Source: an uncultured Nitrospiraceae bacterium (lineage in GTDB: Bacteria; Nitrospirota; Thermodesulfovibrionia; Thermodesulfovibrionales; UBA6898). From it: 64,000 nucleotides of DNA. Shown here in pieces: positions 10,321 to 20,477 of the stretch; position 1 is the stretch's first letter, and each line of letters starts with the position of its first letter. Both the position numbers and the translations under genes were made by a program. The stretch lies in NCBI GenBank assembly GCA_963811165.1, contig CAWEQH010000010.1, forward strand, positions 352,001-416,000. Direction: 5' to 3'. The notes under the pieces were generated by a model. It was not told the DNA's origin. It was given only the letters and a program-made list of their open reading frames with translations, and searched no databases.

Positions 10321-12486
10321 ATGGGCATCCCGCTAAAAATATTGATGATTGAAGATTCTGAGGATGATACTATTCTCTTGCTGCGGGAAATTAAACGCGG
10401 CGGCTATGAACCGTTTCACATGCGGGTTGAGACCGCAGAGGACATGCAGGCCGCGATTACCGGAAGACCCTGGGATGTCGTCATATCCGACTTCATCATG
10501 CCGCAGTTCAGCGGTCTTGCGGCCCTCGACCTTCTCAAACAAAGCGGTCTTGACATCCCCTTTATCATCGTCTCCGGGAAGATAGGAGAGGACATCGCGG
10601 TGGAGGCCATGAGGGCCGGCGCCCACGATTATATCCTCAAGGGCAACCTCCCGCGGCTCGTTCCTGCCATACAAAGAGAACTGAGGGAGGCCGAAACCCG
10701 CGCTGCCCGCCGGACAGCAGAGGAAGAGCTCAAAAGGCACCAGGAACATCTTGAGGAACTCGTCGAGGAACGTACAGATGAATTAAAGAAGACGAACGAA
10801 CAACTCCACCGGGAAATCTCCGACCGTAAGATCGCGGAAGAGGCCCTAAAGAAGGCAATCAAAAGGGCCAAAGAGGAAAAAGCGAAGTCCGAAGCGATAA
10901 TAGCGGCCCTCGGCGACGGCGTCATAATCCAGGACAACGAGTATAAAATCACCTATCAAAACGTGATCCACAAAGGCCTGATCGGCGACCATTTTGGCCA
11001 ATACTGCTATGCGGCATATCGGCTTGGTGAAAGCCCTTGTCCGGATTGTCCGGCTTCCCTTTCATTCCGGGACGGAAAGATACACAAGGCCGAAAAGACC
11101 GTAGCGACCGATAAGGGGGTCCTTAATATCGAGATAACGGCGTCGCCCCTTCGGGATGCCTCGGGGAAGATAATTGCAGGCATCGAGATAGTCAGGGACA
11201 TTACGCAACGCAAGAGGATGGAAGATGAGCTGCGTGAGCACCGAGACCACCTTGACCTGATGGTGAGGGAGCGAACTTCCGAACTGAGGGCCCTTAATAA
11301 GGAACTCAGGGGGGAGATTATGCGGCGTATACAGATGGAGAAGGACCTCATCGAGAGTCAGCGCTTCGTCCATCGTATCGCGGATGCGACCCCCAACCTG
11401 CTCTATCTCTATGACGCAATTGAGAACAGGAATGTGTATATAAACTCTCGCATCAAGGATATCCTGGGTTACTCCGTGGAGGAGATCAAGAAAATAAAAA
11501 GCCCTTTTTTCAAAAAACTTCTGCACCCCGGGGATGTATCGGTCATCGACTCACTCTGGAAACGGGTTAGCACCGCTAAGGAGGGCGATATCATCGAGTC
11601 GGAATATCGACTAAAGAATTGCCATGGGGAATGGCGCTGGTTTTACAGCAGGGACATCGTGTTTAAGAGAACTTCCGACGGTCTTTTAAAACTGGTGCTC
11701 GGCATCTCGCAAGATGTTACGGAGCGCAAACTTTTTGAGGAGGAACTAAAGAGTTCCCGCGAGCGCCTGCGCCAGCTTCTGGCCCATCTCCAATCGGTCA
11801 GAGAAGACGAGAGAACGAGGATATCACGCGAAATCCACGATGAACTCGGACAGGCACTTACCGCCCTTAAGATGGACCTTTCCTGGATCATCAAGCGGCT
11901 CGGCAAAGAGGAAAAGCCGATCAGGGAGAAAGCGCATCTTATGTCAAAGCTGATCGACATGAATATTCAGACTGTCAAGAGGATCTCCGCAGAGTTGAGG
12001 CCGGGGCTTCTCGACGATCTCGGGCTCACTGCGGCCATTGAATGGCAGGCGGAGGAGTTCAGGAAGAGGACCGGCATAAAGTGTGAACTATCGATCCGGC
12101 CCGATGACATGGAGCTGGAAAGGGATCTTTCAACCGCCATATTCCGGATCTTTCAGGAGACGCTTACCAATGTGGTAAGGCACGCCAAGGCCAAGAAGGT
12201 CAGGGTTAGCCTGAAAAAGAATGAAGAAACACTGATCTTCCAGGTCAAAGATGACGGCAAGGGTATATCCGAGAGGGAGGTTTCGAGCCCAAAATCCATC
12301 GGATTGATCGGCATGAGAGAGCGCGTGCGCTTTTTCGGGGGCGAAATGGAAATCGATGGGGACAAGGGGACTACGGTCATGGTAACTATTCCCGTGAAAA
12401 GTGGAACAACTGATCTTGCTTTTGAAAAAGGTCTTGAAGTCGGCGGCAAAAGGGTGAAAAAATATGTCCTGGGAGGAAAAAATTGA
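10321..12486 (+). CDS. Cytoplasmic hybrid sensor kinase: REC-PAS-PAS-HisKA_3-HATPase (NarX/UhpB/NreB class)
   Basis: N-terminal REC domain; two PAS/PAC domains; ERTRISREIHDELGQ H-box; FQETLTNVVRHA; DDGKG. Confidence 0.92.
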   Translation: MGIPLKILMIEDSEDDTILLLREIKRGGYEPFHMRVETAEDMQAAITGRPWDVVISDFIMPQFSGLAALDLLKQSGLDIPFIIVSGKIGEDIAVEAMRAGAHDYILKGNLPRLVPAIQRELREAETRAARRTAEEELKRHQEHLEELVEERTDELKKTNEQLHREISDRKIAEEALKKAIKRAKEEKAKSEAIIAALGDGVIIQDNEYKITYQNVIHKGLIGDHFGQYCYAAYRLGESPCPDCPASLSFRDGKIHKAEKTVATDKGVLNIEITASPLRDASGKIIAGIEIVRDITQRKRMEDELREHRDHLDLMVRERTSELRALNKELRGEIMRRIQMEKDLIESQRFVHRIADATPNLLYLYDAIENRNVYINSRIKDILGYSVEEIKKIKSPFFKKLLHPGDVSVIDSLWKRVSTAKEGDIIESEYRLKNCHGEWRWFYSRDIVFKRTSDGLLKLVLGISQDVTERKLFEEELKSSRERLRQLLAHLQSVREDERTRISREIHDELGQALTALKMDLSWIIKRLGKEEKPIREKAHLMSKLIDMNIQTVKRISAELRPGLLDDLGLTAAIEWQAEEFRKRTGIKCELSIRPDDMELERDLSTAIFRIFQETLTNVVRHAKAKKVRVSLKKNEETLIFQVKDDGKGISEREVSSPKSIGLIGMRERVRFFGGEMEIDGDKGTTVMVTIPVKSGTTDLAFEKGLEVGGKRVKKYVLGGKN

Positions 12487-13115
12487 TAAAGATACTCATC
12501 GCCGACGATCACCGGATTGTCCGTGAGGGGCTAAAACAGATCCTTGCCGAAACGCCGGACATGATCGTGGCCGACGAGGCCAGTAATGCCCAAGAGGTAT
12601 TGAAAAAGATATGGGATAACGAGTACGACGTTTTGCTCCTGGACATATCCATGCCCGGAAGAAGCGGCCTGGACATATTGAAGCAGTTGAAGAGCGACCG
12701 GCCTAAACTCTCGGTCCTGGTGCTGAGCATGTATTCCGAGGAGCAATATGCGTTAAGGGCCCTTAAGGCCGGTGCATCGGGCTATATGACCAAGGAAAGC
12801 GCCACCGATGAATTGATAGAGGCGATACGGAAGGTTTCGACAGGCAGGAAATATATCAGCCCGTCCGTTGCGGAAAGACTTGCCTTCAGTCTTGAAAGCG
12901 GCGATGAAAGACCGCCGCAGGAAACGCTCTCCGACCGGGAATTCCAGGTCATGTGCATGATCGCCTCCGGTAAAACAATCAAGGCCATTGCAGCTGAGCT
13001 CTCGCTGAGCATTAAGACCGTCAGCACCTATCGTGCACGCATCCTCGAAAAGATGCGAATGAATAACAACGCCGAGCTCACTCATTATGCGATACAGAAC
13101 AAACTTGTCGAGTAG
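12483..13115 (+). CDS. NarL/LuxR-family DNA-binding response regulator
   Basis: ADDHRIVREGL, LLDISMPG, LSDREFQV...SIKTVSTYRARILEK; overlaps the kinase stop. Confidence 0.95.
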   Translation: MIKILIADDHRIVREGLKQILAETPDMIVADEASNAQEVLKKIWDNEYDVLLLDISMPGRSGLDILKQLKSDRPKLSVLVLSMYSEEQYALRALKAGASGYMTKESATDELIEAIRKVSTGRKYISPSVAERLAFSLESGDERPPQETLSDREFQVMCMIASGKTIKAIAAELSLSIKTVSTYRARILEKMRMNNNAELTHYAIQNKLVE

Positions 13116-13130
13116 CCGGCGCCTCCGCGA

Positions 13131-13160
13131 TTGACAGAACAACAGCGCTTGGGTTACGCT
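13131..13160 (+). promoter_or_regulatory. Putative sigma70 promoter for gmhA
   Basis: TTGACA-N18-TACGCT. Confidence 0.4.
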
Positions 13161-13211
13161 TATTGCGAAGTATCGGGGCAGACGGACTTCATCCGGTTTG
13201 ACATTTTCTGA

Positions 13212-13796
13212 ATGAAAGAAAAAATCCTTAAAGAATTCAAAGAAAGCATTTCCGTCAAGGAAAAATTCATCCACGAGCATTTAGATACGGTCATTGAAGT
13301 GTCCAAGGCGATCGCGACCGCCTTCAATGAAGGAAACAAGCTCCTTCTCTTTGGCAATGGCGGCAGCTCCACCGACGCCTCCCATATCGCTGCAGAATTT
13401 ATCAACAGGTTCAAAAGAGAAAGACCGGGGCTCCCGGCTATTGCCCTGAATACCGATATGGCGGTCATCACGTCGATAGCGAACGATTATGATTATTCAG
13501 AGGTTTTTTCGCGCCAGCTAAAGTCCCTTGCCTTCGAGGGTGATGTCGTCATCGCCATTACTACGAGCGGACATTCTTCGAATGTCATCAAGGCCATGGA
13601 CGTAGCAAAAAAAAAGAAATTGAAAACGATAATCTTTACCGGCTCGAAAGGGGAGAAACTTGCCTCCAAGGCGACATATTCCTTTGTCGTGCCATCAGAC
13701 AACACCCCGAGAATACAGGAAACGCATATTACCCTGGGGCACGTTCTCTGCCTCATGGTAGAAGAAATACTCTTTGAAGAGCCCCGGAAAAAGTAG
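13212..13796 (+). CDS. gmhA: D-sedoheptulose 7-phosphate isomerase
   Basis: FGNGGS..DASHIAAEF, IANDYDY, TPRIQETHI. Confidence 0.93.
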   Translation: MKEKILKEFKESISVKEKFIHEHLDTVIEVSKAIATAFNEGNKLLLFGNGGSSTDASHIAAEFINRFKRERPGLPAIALNTDMAVITSIANDYDYSEVFSRQLKSLAFEGDVVIAITTSGHSSNVIKAMDVAKKKKLKTIIFTGSKGEKLASKATYSFVVPSDNTPRIQETHITLGHVLCLMVEEILFEEPRKK

Positions 13797-13869
13797 TTCC
13801 GGACTCATAAATTCCCAGGTATGATACTATAATAAACATACTATCATATATGGATTCGAGATCCGAAAC

Positions 13870-14349
13870 ATGATTATACTCGGGTTGGACCCCGGCCTGG
13901 CCAGCACCGGCTTCGGCGCTATTCATTGCGAGAACACTCGACCCTCTATCCTCAAATGTGGGTATATTAAAACTTCCCCACAAGAACATATTTCTCACAG
14001 ACTGTGCCAGATACATTTGGATGTTACTCATTTACTGCATACCTTGAGGCCCGATCTCATTGCAGTGGAGAATGTTTTTTCCATGATTAAATATCCGAAG
14101 GCCGGTATATTATTAGGCGGCGTTTTAGGTATTATATATTTGGCAGTCTCTCAAAATAATATTCCTATGAAAGAAATCACACCCAAGGAAGTAAAAAATT
14201 CGTTGGTCGGATATGGCGGGGCGAATAAGGAACAAATCAAGGAAACAGTAAAAAAATTACTGACAATAAGTGACGTCGCGTCGTTTCACGCGGCCGATGC
14301 CCTCGCGATAGCCTTAACTGCATTTTATCGAGAGGTACCAAAGAGATGA
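13870..14349 (+). CDS. ruvC: Holliday junction resolvase RuvC
   Basis: ILGLDPGLASTGFG, VENVF, HAADALAIA. Confidence 0.92.
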   Translation: MIILGLDPGLASTGFGAIHCENTRPSILKCGYIKTSPQEHISHRLCQIHLDVTHLLHTLRPDLIAVENVFSMIKYPKAGILLGGVLGIIYLAVSQNNIPMKEITPKEVKNSLVGYGGANKEQIKETVKKLLTISDVASFHAADALAIALTAFYREVPKR

Positions 14350-14963
14350 TCTCTTTCTTGGAAGGTAAATTGCTGGACAGTTCCGATGATAGAATCACCC
14401 TTTTAGTAAATGGAATCGGCTATGAAATCTTGATTCCCGTTTTTGTGATGAATGAGATAAGAAAAGATATGAAATCTGAGAATAAAGAACTGAAATTATA
14501 TATTTCATATAACCAATCTGAAAGACAACCGAAGCCGGTTCTTGTAGGATTTAAACATTCCGCGGAAAAAAAGTTTTTCGAGCTTTTTATTTCGGTGGAA
14601 GATATAGGACCGTCGGCGGCGATAAAGGCTTTGGTAAAACCTGTAAGAGAGATAGCCCGGGCCATAGAGGAAAAGGACACGGGGGCGTTACGACAATTAA
14701 AAGGCATCGGTGAAAGGAAGGCCGAGAAAATTATCGCCACTCTTAAAGGAAAGGTCGCAATGTATGCATTAATGCACGAAGTTGAAGCACTCCCCGAACC
14801 CACGGAAGACTTCAAGAAGGAAGTTGAAAACGTTCTTGTGAATCAACTCGGTCACAAGTTGATGGAAGCGCGCAAGATGATAGAGGAAGCGATGAAGCGA
14901 AATTCGGGCATAGGTTCATCCGAAGAGTTATTTGAGGAAGTGTATCGAGGACAAAGAAAGTGA
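14346..14963 (+). CDS. ruvA: Holliday junction branch migration protein RuvA (divergent)
   Basis: [16 protein letters not shown]; HhH motif [12 protein letters not shown]; position between ruvC and ruvB. Confidence 0.9.
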   Translation: MISFLEGKLLDSSDDRITLLVNGIGYEILIPVFVMNEIRKDMKSENKELKLYISYNQSERQPKPVLVGFKHSAEKKFFELFISVEDIGPSAAIKALVKPVREIARAIEEKDTGALRQLKGIGERKAEKIIATLKGKVAMYALMHEVEALPEPTEDFKKEVENVLVNQLGHKLMEARKMIEEAMKRNSGIGSSEELFEEVYRGQRK

Positions 14964-16018
14964 TTTTCGAAGAGTCACACAATATCCCCGACGTAGTACA
15001 CGTTAATGGTCCTTCTGAAGAGGATAACAATTTTAACCTGAGGCCGAAGCGGCTTTCTGAATATGTGGGGCAGGACAAGATAGTTGAAACACTGAACATA
15101 GCGATAGAGGCTGCTCTTAAAAGGAAGGAACCCCTTGATCATATCTTGTTTAATGGGCCGCCGGGTTTAGGCAAAACTACGTTGGCTCATATCATAGCAA
15201 ATGAGATGGGCACGAAGATTATTACTTCCTCCGGCCCTGCTTTGGAAAAAGGCGGCGATCTCATGGGGATATTGACCCATATGGAAAAGGGCGACGTCTT
15301 TTTTATTGATGAAATTCACAGACTTCCGAAGGTTGTCGAGGAATTTCTTTACTCGGCGATGGAAGATTTCGCGGTAGATTTTATTTTCGATAAAGGGGTA
15401 CATGCCCGCACGCACAGATACAGACTTGAACCGTTCACCCTGATAGGCGCGACGACTAGGGCCGGTCTTTTATCTTCTCCTTTACGGGAAAGATTCGGAA
15501 TTACGCGGGATCTTGACTTCTATAATGAAAAGGATCTTATGCGTATCGTAAAACGCTCGGCCGCAATATTAGACATAGTTCTCGAAAATGACGGAGCTTA
15601 CGAAATTGCCCGGAGGTCAAGGGGGACGCCCAGGGTCGCCAATAGGTTGCTGAAACGCGTTCGCGATTATGCACAGGTCAGGGCTCAGGGGAAAATAACC
15701 AGGGATGTAGCGATGGAAGCGTTAGCGCTGGAAGGTGTCGACGAGCACGGCCTGGGCGAAACCGACAGAAAACTTCTCACAATAATAATTGTTAATTATA
15801 AGGGTGGGCCTGTCGGGATTGAGGCCCTCGCCTCAACCCTCCAATTAGAGACAGATGTCTTATTAGATGTGGTTGAACCCTATCTATTAAAGACGGGCTT
15901 TATCATAAGGACCTCACAGGGAAGGAAAGCTTCGGAAAAGGCTTATGTCCATTTGGGCATATCACCGAAAGACCTGGATAGCGGCAGCTTGTTCGGAAGT
16001 GTTAGACACAAGCGGTAA
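14960..16018 (+). CDS. ruvB: Holliday junction DNA helicase RuvB
   Basis: [46 protein letters not shown]. Confidence 0.97.
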   Translation: MIFEESHNIPDVVHVNGPSEEDNNFNLRPKRLSEYVGQDKIVETLNIAIEAALKRKEPLDHILFNGPPGLGKTTLAHIIANEMGTKIITSSGPALEKGGDLMGILTHMEKGDVFFIDEIHRLPKVVEEFLYSAMEDFAVDFIFDKGVHARTHRYRLEPFTLIGATTRAGLLSSPLRERFGITRDLDFYNEKDLMRIVKRSAAILDIVLENDGAYEIARRSRGTPRVANRLLKRVRDYAQVRAQGKITRDVAMEALALEGVDEHGLGETDRKLLTIIIVNYKGGPVGIEALASTLQLETDVLLDVVEPYLLKTGFIIRTSQGRKASEKAYVHLGISPKDLDSGSLFGSVRHKR

Positions 16019-16023
16019 TCCCC

Positions 16024-16578
16024 ATGAAACTTCTGATGCATATCTGCTGTTCAAACTGTAGCGTCTACCCCCTGGAGTTTTTTTTGACCGAGGGGATCGA
16101 CGTGACAGGCTTCTGGTTCAACCCCAACATTCATCCCTATACCGAATATACGCAGCGACTCGATTCTCTTCGGAAACTCCAGCGAATCTGGAACCTCGAT
16201 ATTGAATATGACGAAAGCTATGGGCTTGATGATTTCCTGAAATCCGTCGTCGGCAAGGGAACTCACCGATGCGAGGTCTGTTATGCAAAGAGATTGGAAA
16301 TAACCGCCGGTGCTGCGAGGAGGATGGGCATAGGGAGTTTTACGACATCGCTTCTTGCAAGTCCATACCAGAAATTTGATATGATAATAGCGATAGGGAA
16401 AGAGATAGGCCGGAGAGAAGGAGTGTCCTTTCTTTACGAAGACCTGAGAAAGGGATGGAACATTTCCAGAGGTCTGGTTTCGGAATTCGGCCTTTACAGG
16501 CAAAAATACTGCGGCTGCATATATTCGGAAATGGAGAGATACGCATTGAAAGGCAAGCCCCCCGCTGCCGGCAGGTAG
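16024..16578 (+). CDS. queH: Epoxyqueuosine reductase QueH
   Basis: LMHICC..C, NPNIHP, RC..C, LYRQKYCGCIYS. Confidence 0.9.
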   Translation: MKLLMHICCSNCSVYPLEFFLTEGIDVTGFWFNPNIHPYTEYTQRLDSLRKLQRIWNLDIEYDESYGLDDFLKSVVGKGTHRCEVCYAKRLEITAGAARRMGIGSFTTSLLASPYQKFDMIIAIGKEIGRREGVSFLYEDLRKGWNISRGLVSEFGLYRQKYCGCIYSEMERYALKGKPPAAGR

Positions 16579-16606
16579 CAGGGAAGCCACGTATACATTA
16601 AGTAGG

Positions 16607-16834
16607 ATGGTCGATGAGATGCAGCACATAGGCAGGTTGCTGGTCATTTTCGGCGTAGTAATAGCGGCGATCGGATTTCTCATCGTCTTTTCGGGAAAAC
16701 TTCCCTGGTTAGGAAGGCTCCCGGGGGATCTCGTCCTTCACAAGAAGAATTTCACGTTCTATTTTCCTCTTGCAACGAGCGTATTGATAAGCCTGTTGCT
16801 CACACTTCTGTTTTGGATATTAGGGAAGAGATAG
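16607..16834 (+). CDS. DUF2905 small membrane protein
   Basis: WLGRLPGD and FYFPLATS signature. Confidence 0.88.
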   Translation: MVDEMQHIGRLLVIFGVVIAAIGFLIVFSGKLPWLGRLPGDLVLHKKNFTFYFPLATSVLISLLLTLLFWILGKR

Positions 16835-16835
16835 C

Positions 16836-17819
16836 ATGAACAAAAAAATTATCGCCGTATGTGTATTTCTGATTTTCCTCACTTCCTCCTCATTGGATGC
16901 GAGCTCTATAAGGGTGCTGATACTCGACGACGTCTTCCGCAATATCCCCGAGAAGAACGAGCAGATGGAACAAATGGGTAAACTGAGCGGCGACCTTTTC
17001 GTAAGCGGCACCCACTACAGCGGGGATATCGCGGTCCTGAAAGGCAAGTCCTCGATGTACCTTATCAACAAACTGCCGATCGAGGAATATGTAAAAAACG
17101 TGGTGGCTAATGAGGTGAGTTCCAGCTGGGACATGGAGGCGCTCAAAGTCCAGGCGGTTATAGCCAGGACCTATGCCCTTTACCAAAAGACGATTGCCGC
17201 CAACCCAAATTTCGACCTCACCTCCTCGGTCCTCCATCAGGCCTACAAGGGCAGTACCGTAGATGCGAGGATCGCCTATGCGGTCATGAATACCGAAGGC
17301 GAAGTCCTCTATTACGATGGCAAGCTTATCGAGGCGCTGTATCATTCGACCTCCGGGGGTAAAACGGAAGAGGCCTCCGAAGTATTCGGCAAGAGTTATC
17401 CGTACATGAGACCCGTTGAATCAAACTGCGAGATATCCCCGTACTGGATGTGGGAGAGGAAGATACCCGTCGAGGAGATCGAAAAGGCCCTAAGCCTTAC
17501 GGGCGTTACAGAGATCAAAATCACATCCTATACGGTCACGAAGAGGGTGAAGACCGTCGATGTTATGCACAGGGACGGGACAACGCAGGTGAAGGCCACT
17601 GATCTGAGGAAACTGCTCGGCTGGAGCCGGCTGCCCAGCACGAACTTCGAGGTGTCGCGGGAAAACGGCACTTTCGTCTTTGAGGGAAAGGGATACGGCC
17701 ACGGCGTCGGGCTCTGCCAGTGGTCGGCCCTTCAGATGGCACGCGAAGGGAAAAACTATAAAGAAATCCTTTCCTATTTTTATCCCGGCACCGTTATCGG
17801 ACTATATGAAGACCACTGA
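16836..17819 (+). CDS. SpoIID/LytB domain protein (lytic transglycosylase-like)
   Basis: Signal peptide; EEYVKNVV..E, EALKVQAVIARTYA, GYGHGVGLCQW. Confidence 0.9.
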   Translation: MNKKIIAVCVFLIFLTSSSLDASSIRVLILDDVFRNIPEKNEQMEQMGKLSGDLFVSGTHYSGDIAVLKGKSSMYLINKLPIEEYVKNVVANEVSSSWDMEALKVQAVIARTYALYQKTIAANPNFDLTSSVLHQAYKGSTVDARIAYAVMNTEGEVLYYDGKLIEALYHSTSGGKTEEASEVFGKSYPYMRPVESNCEISPYWMWERKIPVEEIEKALSLTGVTEIKITSYTVTKRVKTVDVMHRDGTTQVKATDLRKLLGWSRLPSTNFEVSRENGTFVFEGKGYGHGVGLCQWSALQMAREGKNYKEILSYFYPGTVIGLYEDH

Positions 17820-18813
17820 ATTCGACTTTTTCCTCCCTGAAAAGCTGATCGCTTACAGGCCGGCTGAAAAAAGGGATGATTCAAGGCTTCTCGTGCTGCA
17901 TAGGGACGGCCCTGCCGAGCACAGAAGATTTAGGGACCTGCCCTCGTTTCTTAGGGCGGGGGATATGCTTCTTTTGAACAAGACAAAAGTCCTCCCTGCC
18001 AGGTTAACAGGCGTTAAACGAGGCGGGGGAAGGCTTGAGATACTCCTCACAAGGGAGATCTTGCCTGGGAAATGGGAGATCTTGGCGAAGGGAAGATATT
18101 CAGGACCACTGAGGATTTCGGAAGGATTTACCGCATATATTTCCCAGGGAAAGACCGCCCTTTTCGAAAGCCCATCAGACCTGAGAGAACGCATCTGGCT
18201 GGAGGGGAAAATGCCCCTTCCTCCTTATATCAAACGACAGGCGGACGATCTTGACATGGAACGGTATCAGACTGTGTATGCGGAAGCTGAGGGGTCCATC
18301 GCCGCCCCCACGGCGGGCCTTCATTTTACTTCTGAACTTCTCGACGTAATAGCCGCGAAGTCGGTCCTGATACGGCATATCGTACTCCACGTCGGGACCG
18401 GGACCTTCAGACTGATAAAAACAGTCGACATCGAAGATCATGCCATGGACAGAGAGATATTCGAAATCGACCCCGATTTGCCGTCGGAGATCGAGGAAGT
18501 GAAGAGACGCGGGGGCAGGATTATCGCGGTGGGCACGACTGCCACACGCGCGGTGGAGGGTTACCTAAGCGGAAGATGCGAAATTTTATCCTCAAATGGT
18601 GCCGTTCGCGGGCTTACGGATATCTTCATTTTTGAGGGCTATCGTCCCAAGGCGATAGACGCCGTCATCACGAACTTTCACCTCCCACGCTCCACTCCAT
18701 TAATGCTTACCTCGGTCTTTGCGGGCAGGGAAAGACTCCTGGGCGCCTATGAAGCTGCGATATCCATGGGATATAGATTTTTCTCCTATGGTGATGCTAT
18801 GCTTGTTTTATGA
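17806..18813 (+). CDS. queA: S-adenosylmethionine:tRNA ribosyltransferase-isomerase
   Basis: FDFFLPEKLIA, PLPPYIKR, YQTVYA, AAPTAGLHFT, TNFHLP, YRFFSYGDAM. Confidence 0.96.
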   Translation: MKTTEFDFFLPEKLIAYRPAEKRDDSRLLVLHRDGPAEHRRFRDLPSFLRAGDMLLLNKTKVLPARLTGVKRGGGRLEILLTREILPGKWEILAKGRYSGPLRISEGFTAYISQGKTALFESPSDLRERIWLEGKMPLPPYIKRQADDLDMERYQTVYAEAEGSIAAPTAGLHFTSELLDVIAAKSVLIRHIVLHVGTGTFRLIKTVDIEDHAMDREIFEIDPDLPSEIEEVKRRGGRIIAVGTTATRAVEGYLSGRCEILSSNGAVRGLTDIFIFEGYRPKAIDAVITNFHLPRSTPLMLTSVFAGRERLLGAYEAAISMGYRFFSYGDAMLVL

Positions 18814-19496
18814 ACGACAAAGGCCGGAAGGATGACGCATCAGTGCGCATTGTCGGCAGGGAATTTATTATACTAATTGTGGTGGTTTTCTCTTCCCTGA
18901 GCTTCGCCCTCGGTTTCTTTGTCGGCAAGAACAACGCGGAGAAAAAAGGAGAGTTCGCTGTCCAGCCGGCCACTAGGCCTTCTTATAGTGAGCCGCAGCA
19001 AAATGCAGTCACTACTTCTCAGCTGCAGCCTCCAAAAGCTGAAGGGCAGCTTATAGGGGCAGCAGCGCCGGTGCAGGATAAAAAGACCGCGCTCCAGAGC
19101 GTTTCTTTACAGCCGGAAAGCAGGGGTGAGGCGGATAAGACGGGTCTGGAGCATAACGAAGCGGCAACCACTTTACCGAAAGAGGCAAAAAAAAAGGAAG
19201 CTGAACAAACGGCCTCGACAAACGGCGAGTCCAATGCGAAAGCAGGTGGAGACGAAATAATCTACACCGTGCAGCTGGAAGCATTAAAGAATGCCGCGGA
19301 GGCTCATCGCCTCAAGACTAAGTACGTAAAAAAAGGATATAAAATCTATATAACCGTCTCTCGAAACAAACACAAAGAGAAGATATTTAAAGTGAGGGTC
19401 GGCGAATTCACGGAAAAGAAGAACGCGGAGATCCTGGCCCTTCGTATGAAAAAGAACGAAGGGCTGGCGGCCTTTGTGACCCTCAAGAACGATTAA
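18810..19496 (+). CDS. SPOR domain cell-division protein (FtsN/DedD-like architecture)
   Basis: Single N-terminal TM, low-complexity linker, C-terminal YTVQ...FKVRVG.F SPOR domain. Confidence 0.82.
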   Translation: MNDKGRKDDASVRIVGREFIILIVVVFSSLSFALGFFVGKNNAEKKGEFAVQPATRPSYSEPQQNAVTTSQLQPPKAEGQLIGAAAPVQDKKTALQSVSLQPESRGEADKTGLEHNEAATTLPKEAKKKEAEQTASTNGESNAKAGGDEIIYTVQLEALKNAAEAHRLKTKYVKKGYKIYITVSRNKHKEKIFKVRVGEFTEKKNAEILALRMKKNEGLAAFVTLKND

Positions 19497-19505
19497 GGAG
19501 CTTCT

Positions 19506-20477
19506 ACGAATACCACAGTAATTGAATTTGATGCTGAAGAAAAGGAATATCCTTCTCTCTTCACAAATCTCGAAAGAAATCTCAAGGTTATCGAAGATGC
19601 TCTTGAGATAAGGGCCAGTTCCAGGGGGAACAAGATATTCCTTAAGGGAGAAGAGGGAAAAATCAGGGCGGCCGAAAAATTCATACGTGAACTGATGCAC
19701 TCAAGCCACGAATTGCCGTCCCTGACAGCGGAAGATATTCGCCATGCCATCAGGTCCTCTCCCGAAGGGACGGAGTTGTCCCTGAAAGAGCTTTTTGTGG
19801 ATCAGATAGCGGTTGCGTCGAAAAGACGCTTCATCGTTCCCAAAACAGCTACGCAAAAGACGTATATCGACGCCATACGCAATCATGATATAGTTATAGG
19901 AATAGGCCCGGCTGGAACAGGTAAGACGTATCTTGCCATGGCGATGGCGATAAGCGCCTTTCTGAAAAAGCAGGTCAGCAGGATAGTGTTGGCACGTCCG
20001 GCCATCGAGGCGGGAGAAAAGCTCGGGTTTCTGCCCGGGGATATGTTCGAAAAGGTCAACCCGTATCTGAGACCCCTCTACGACGCCCTCTACGACATGA
20101 TGGAGGCTGAGAAGGCGTCGCGGCTGATTGAGCGGGGGGTGATAGAGATTGCACCTCTTGCCTTTATGAGAGGAAGGACACTCAATGACTCTTTTATCAT
20201 CCTCGATGAGGCACAGAACACGACATCCGAACAGATGAAGATGTATCTGACAAGGCTTGGCTTTAATTCAAAGACGGTCATTACCGGCGATGTCACGCAG
20301 ATTGACTTGCCCCCGGGGAAGAACTCCGGCCTTGTCGAGGTAGTAAAAATCCTTGAGGGTGTCGAAGGAATACGCTTCGTCTTTTTCTCTGAAAAAGACG
20401 TCGTAAGACATAAACTGGTTCAGGAGATAGTCAGGGCGTACGAAAGATATGAAAAGCGGGATCCTGAAGGAGAGTAA
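19506..20477 (+). CDS. phoH: PhoH family ATPase; probable non-canonical ACG start
   Basis: GPAGTGKT, EKLGFLPGD, APLAFMRGRTL, DEAQN. The frame is open and PhoH-like for 63 codons upstream of the track ATG 19695. AAGGAG-5 nt-ACG at 19506. Confidence 0.9.
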   Translation, partial: TNTTVIEFDAEEKEYPSLFTNLERNLKVIEDALEIRASSRGNKIFLKGEEGKIRAAEKFIRELMHSSHELPSLTAEDIRHAIRSSPEGTELSLKELFVDQIAVASKRRFIVPKTATQKTYIDAIRNHDIVIGIGPAGTGKTYLAMAMAISAFLKKQVSRIVLARPAIEAGEKLGFLPGDMFEKVNPYLRPLYDALYDMMEAEKASRLIERGVIEIAPLAFMRGRTLNDSFIILDEAQNTTSEQMKMYLTRLGFNSKTVITGDVTQIDLPPGKNSGLVEVVKILEGVEGIRFVFFSEKDVVRHKLVQEIVRAYERYEKRDPEGE

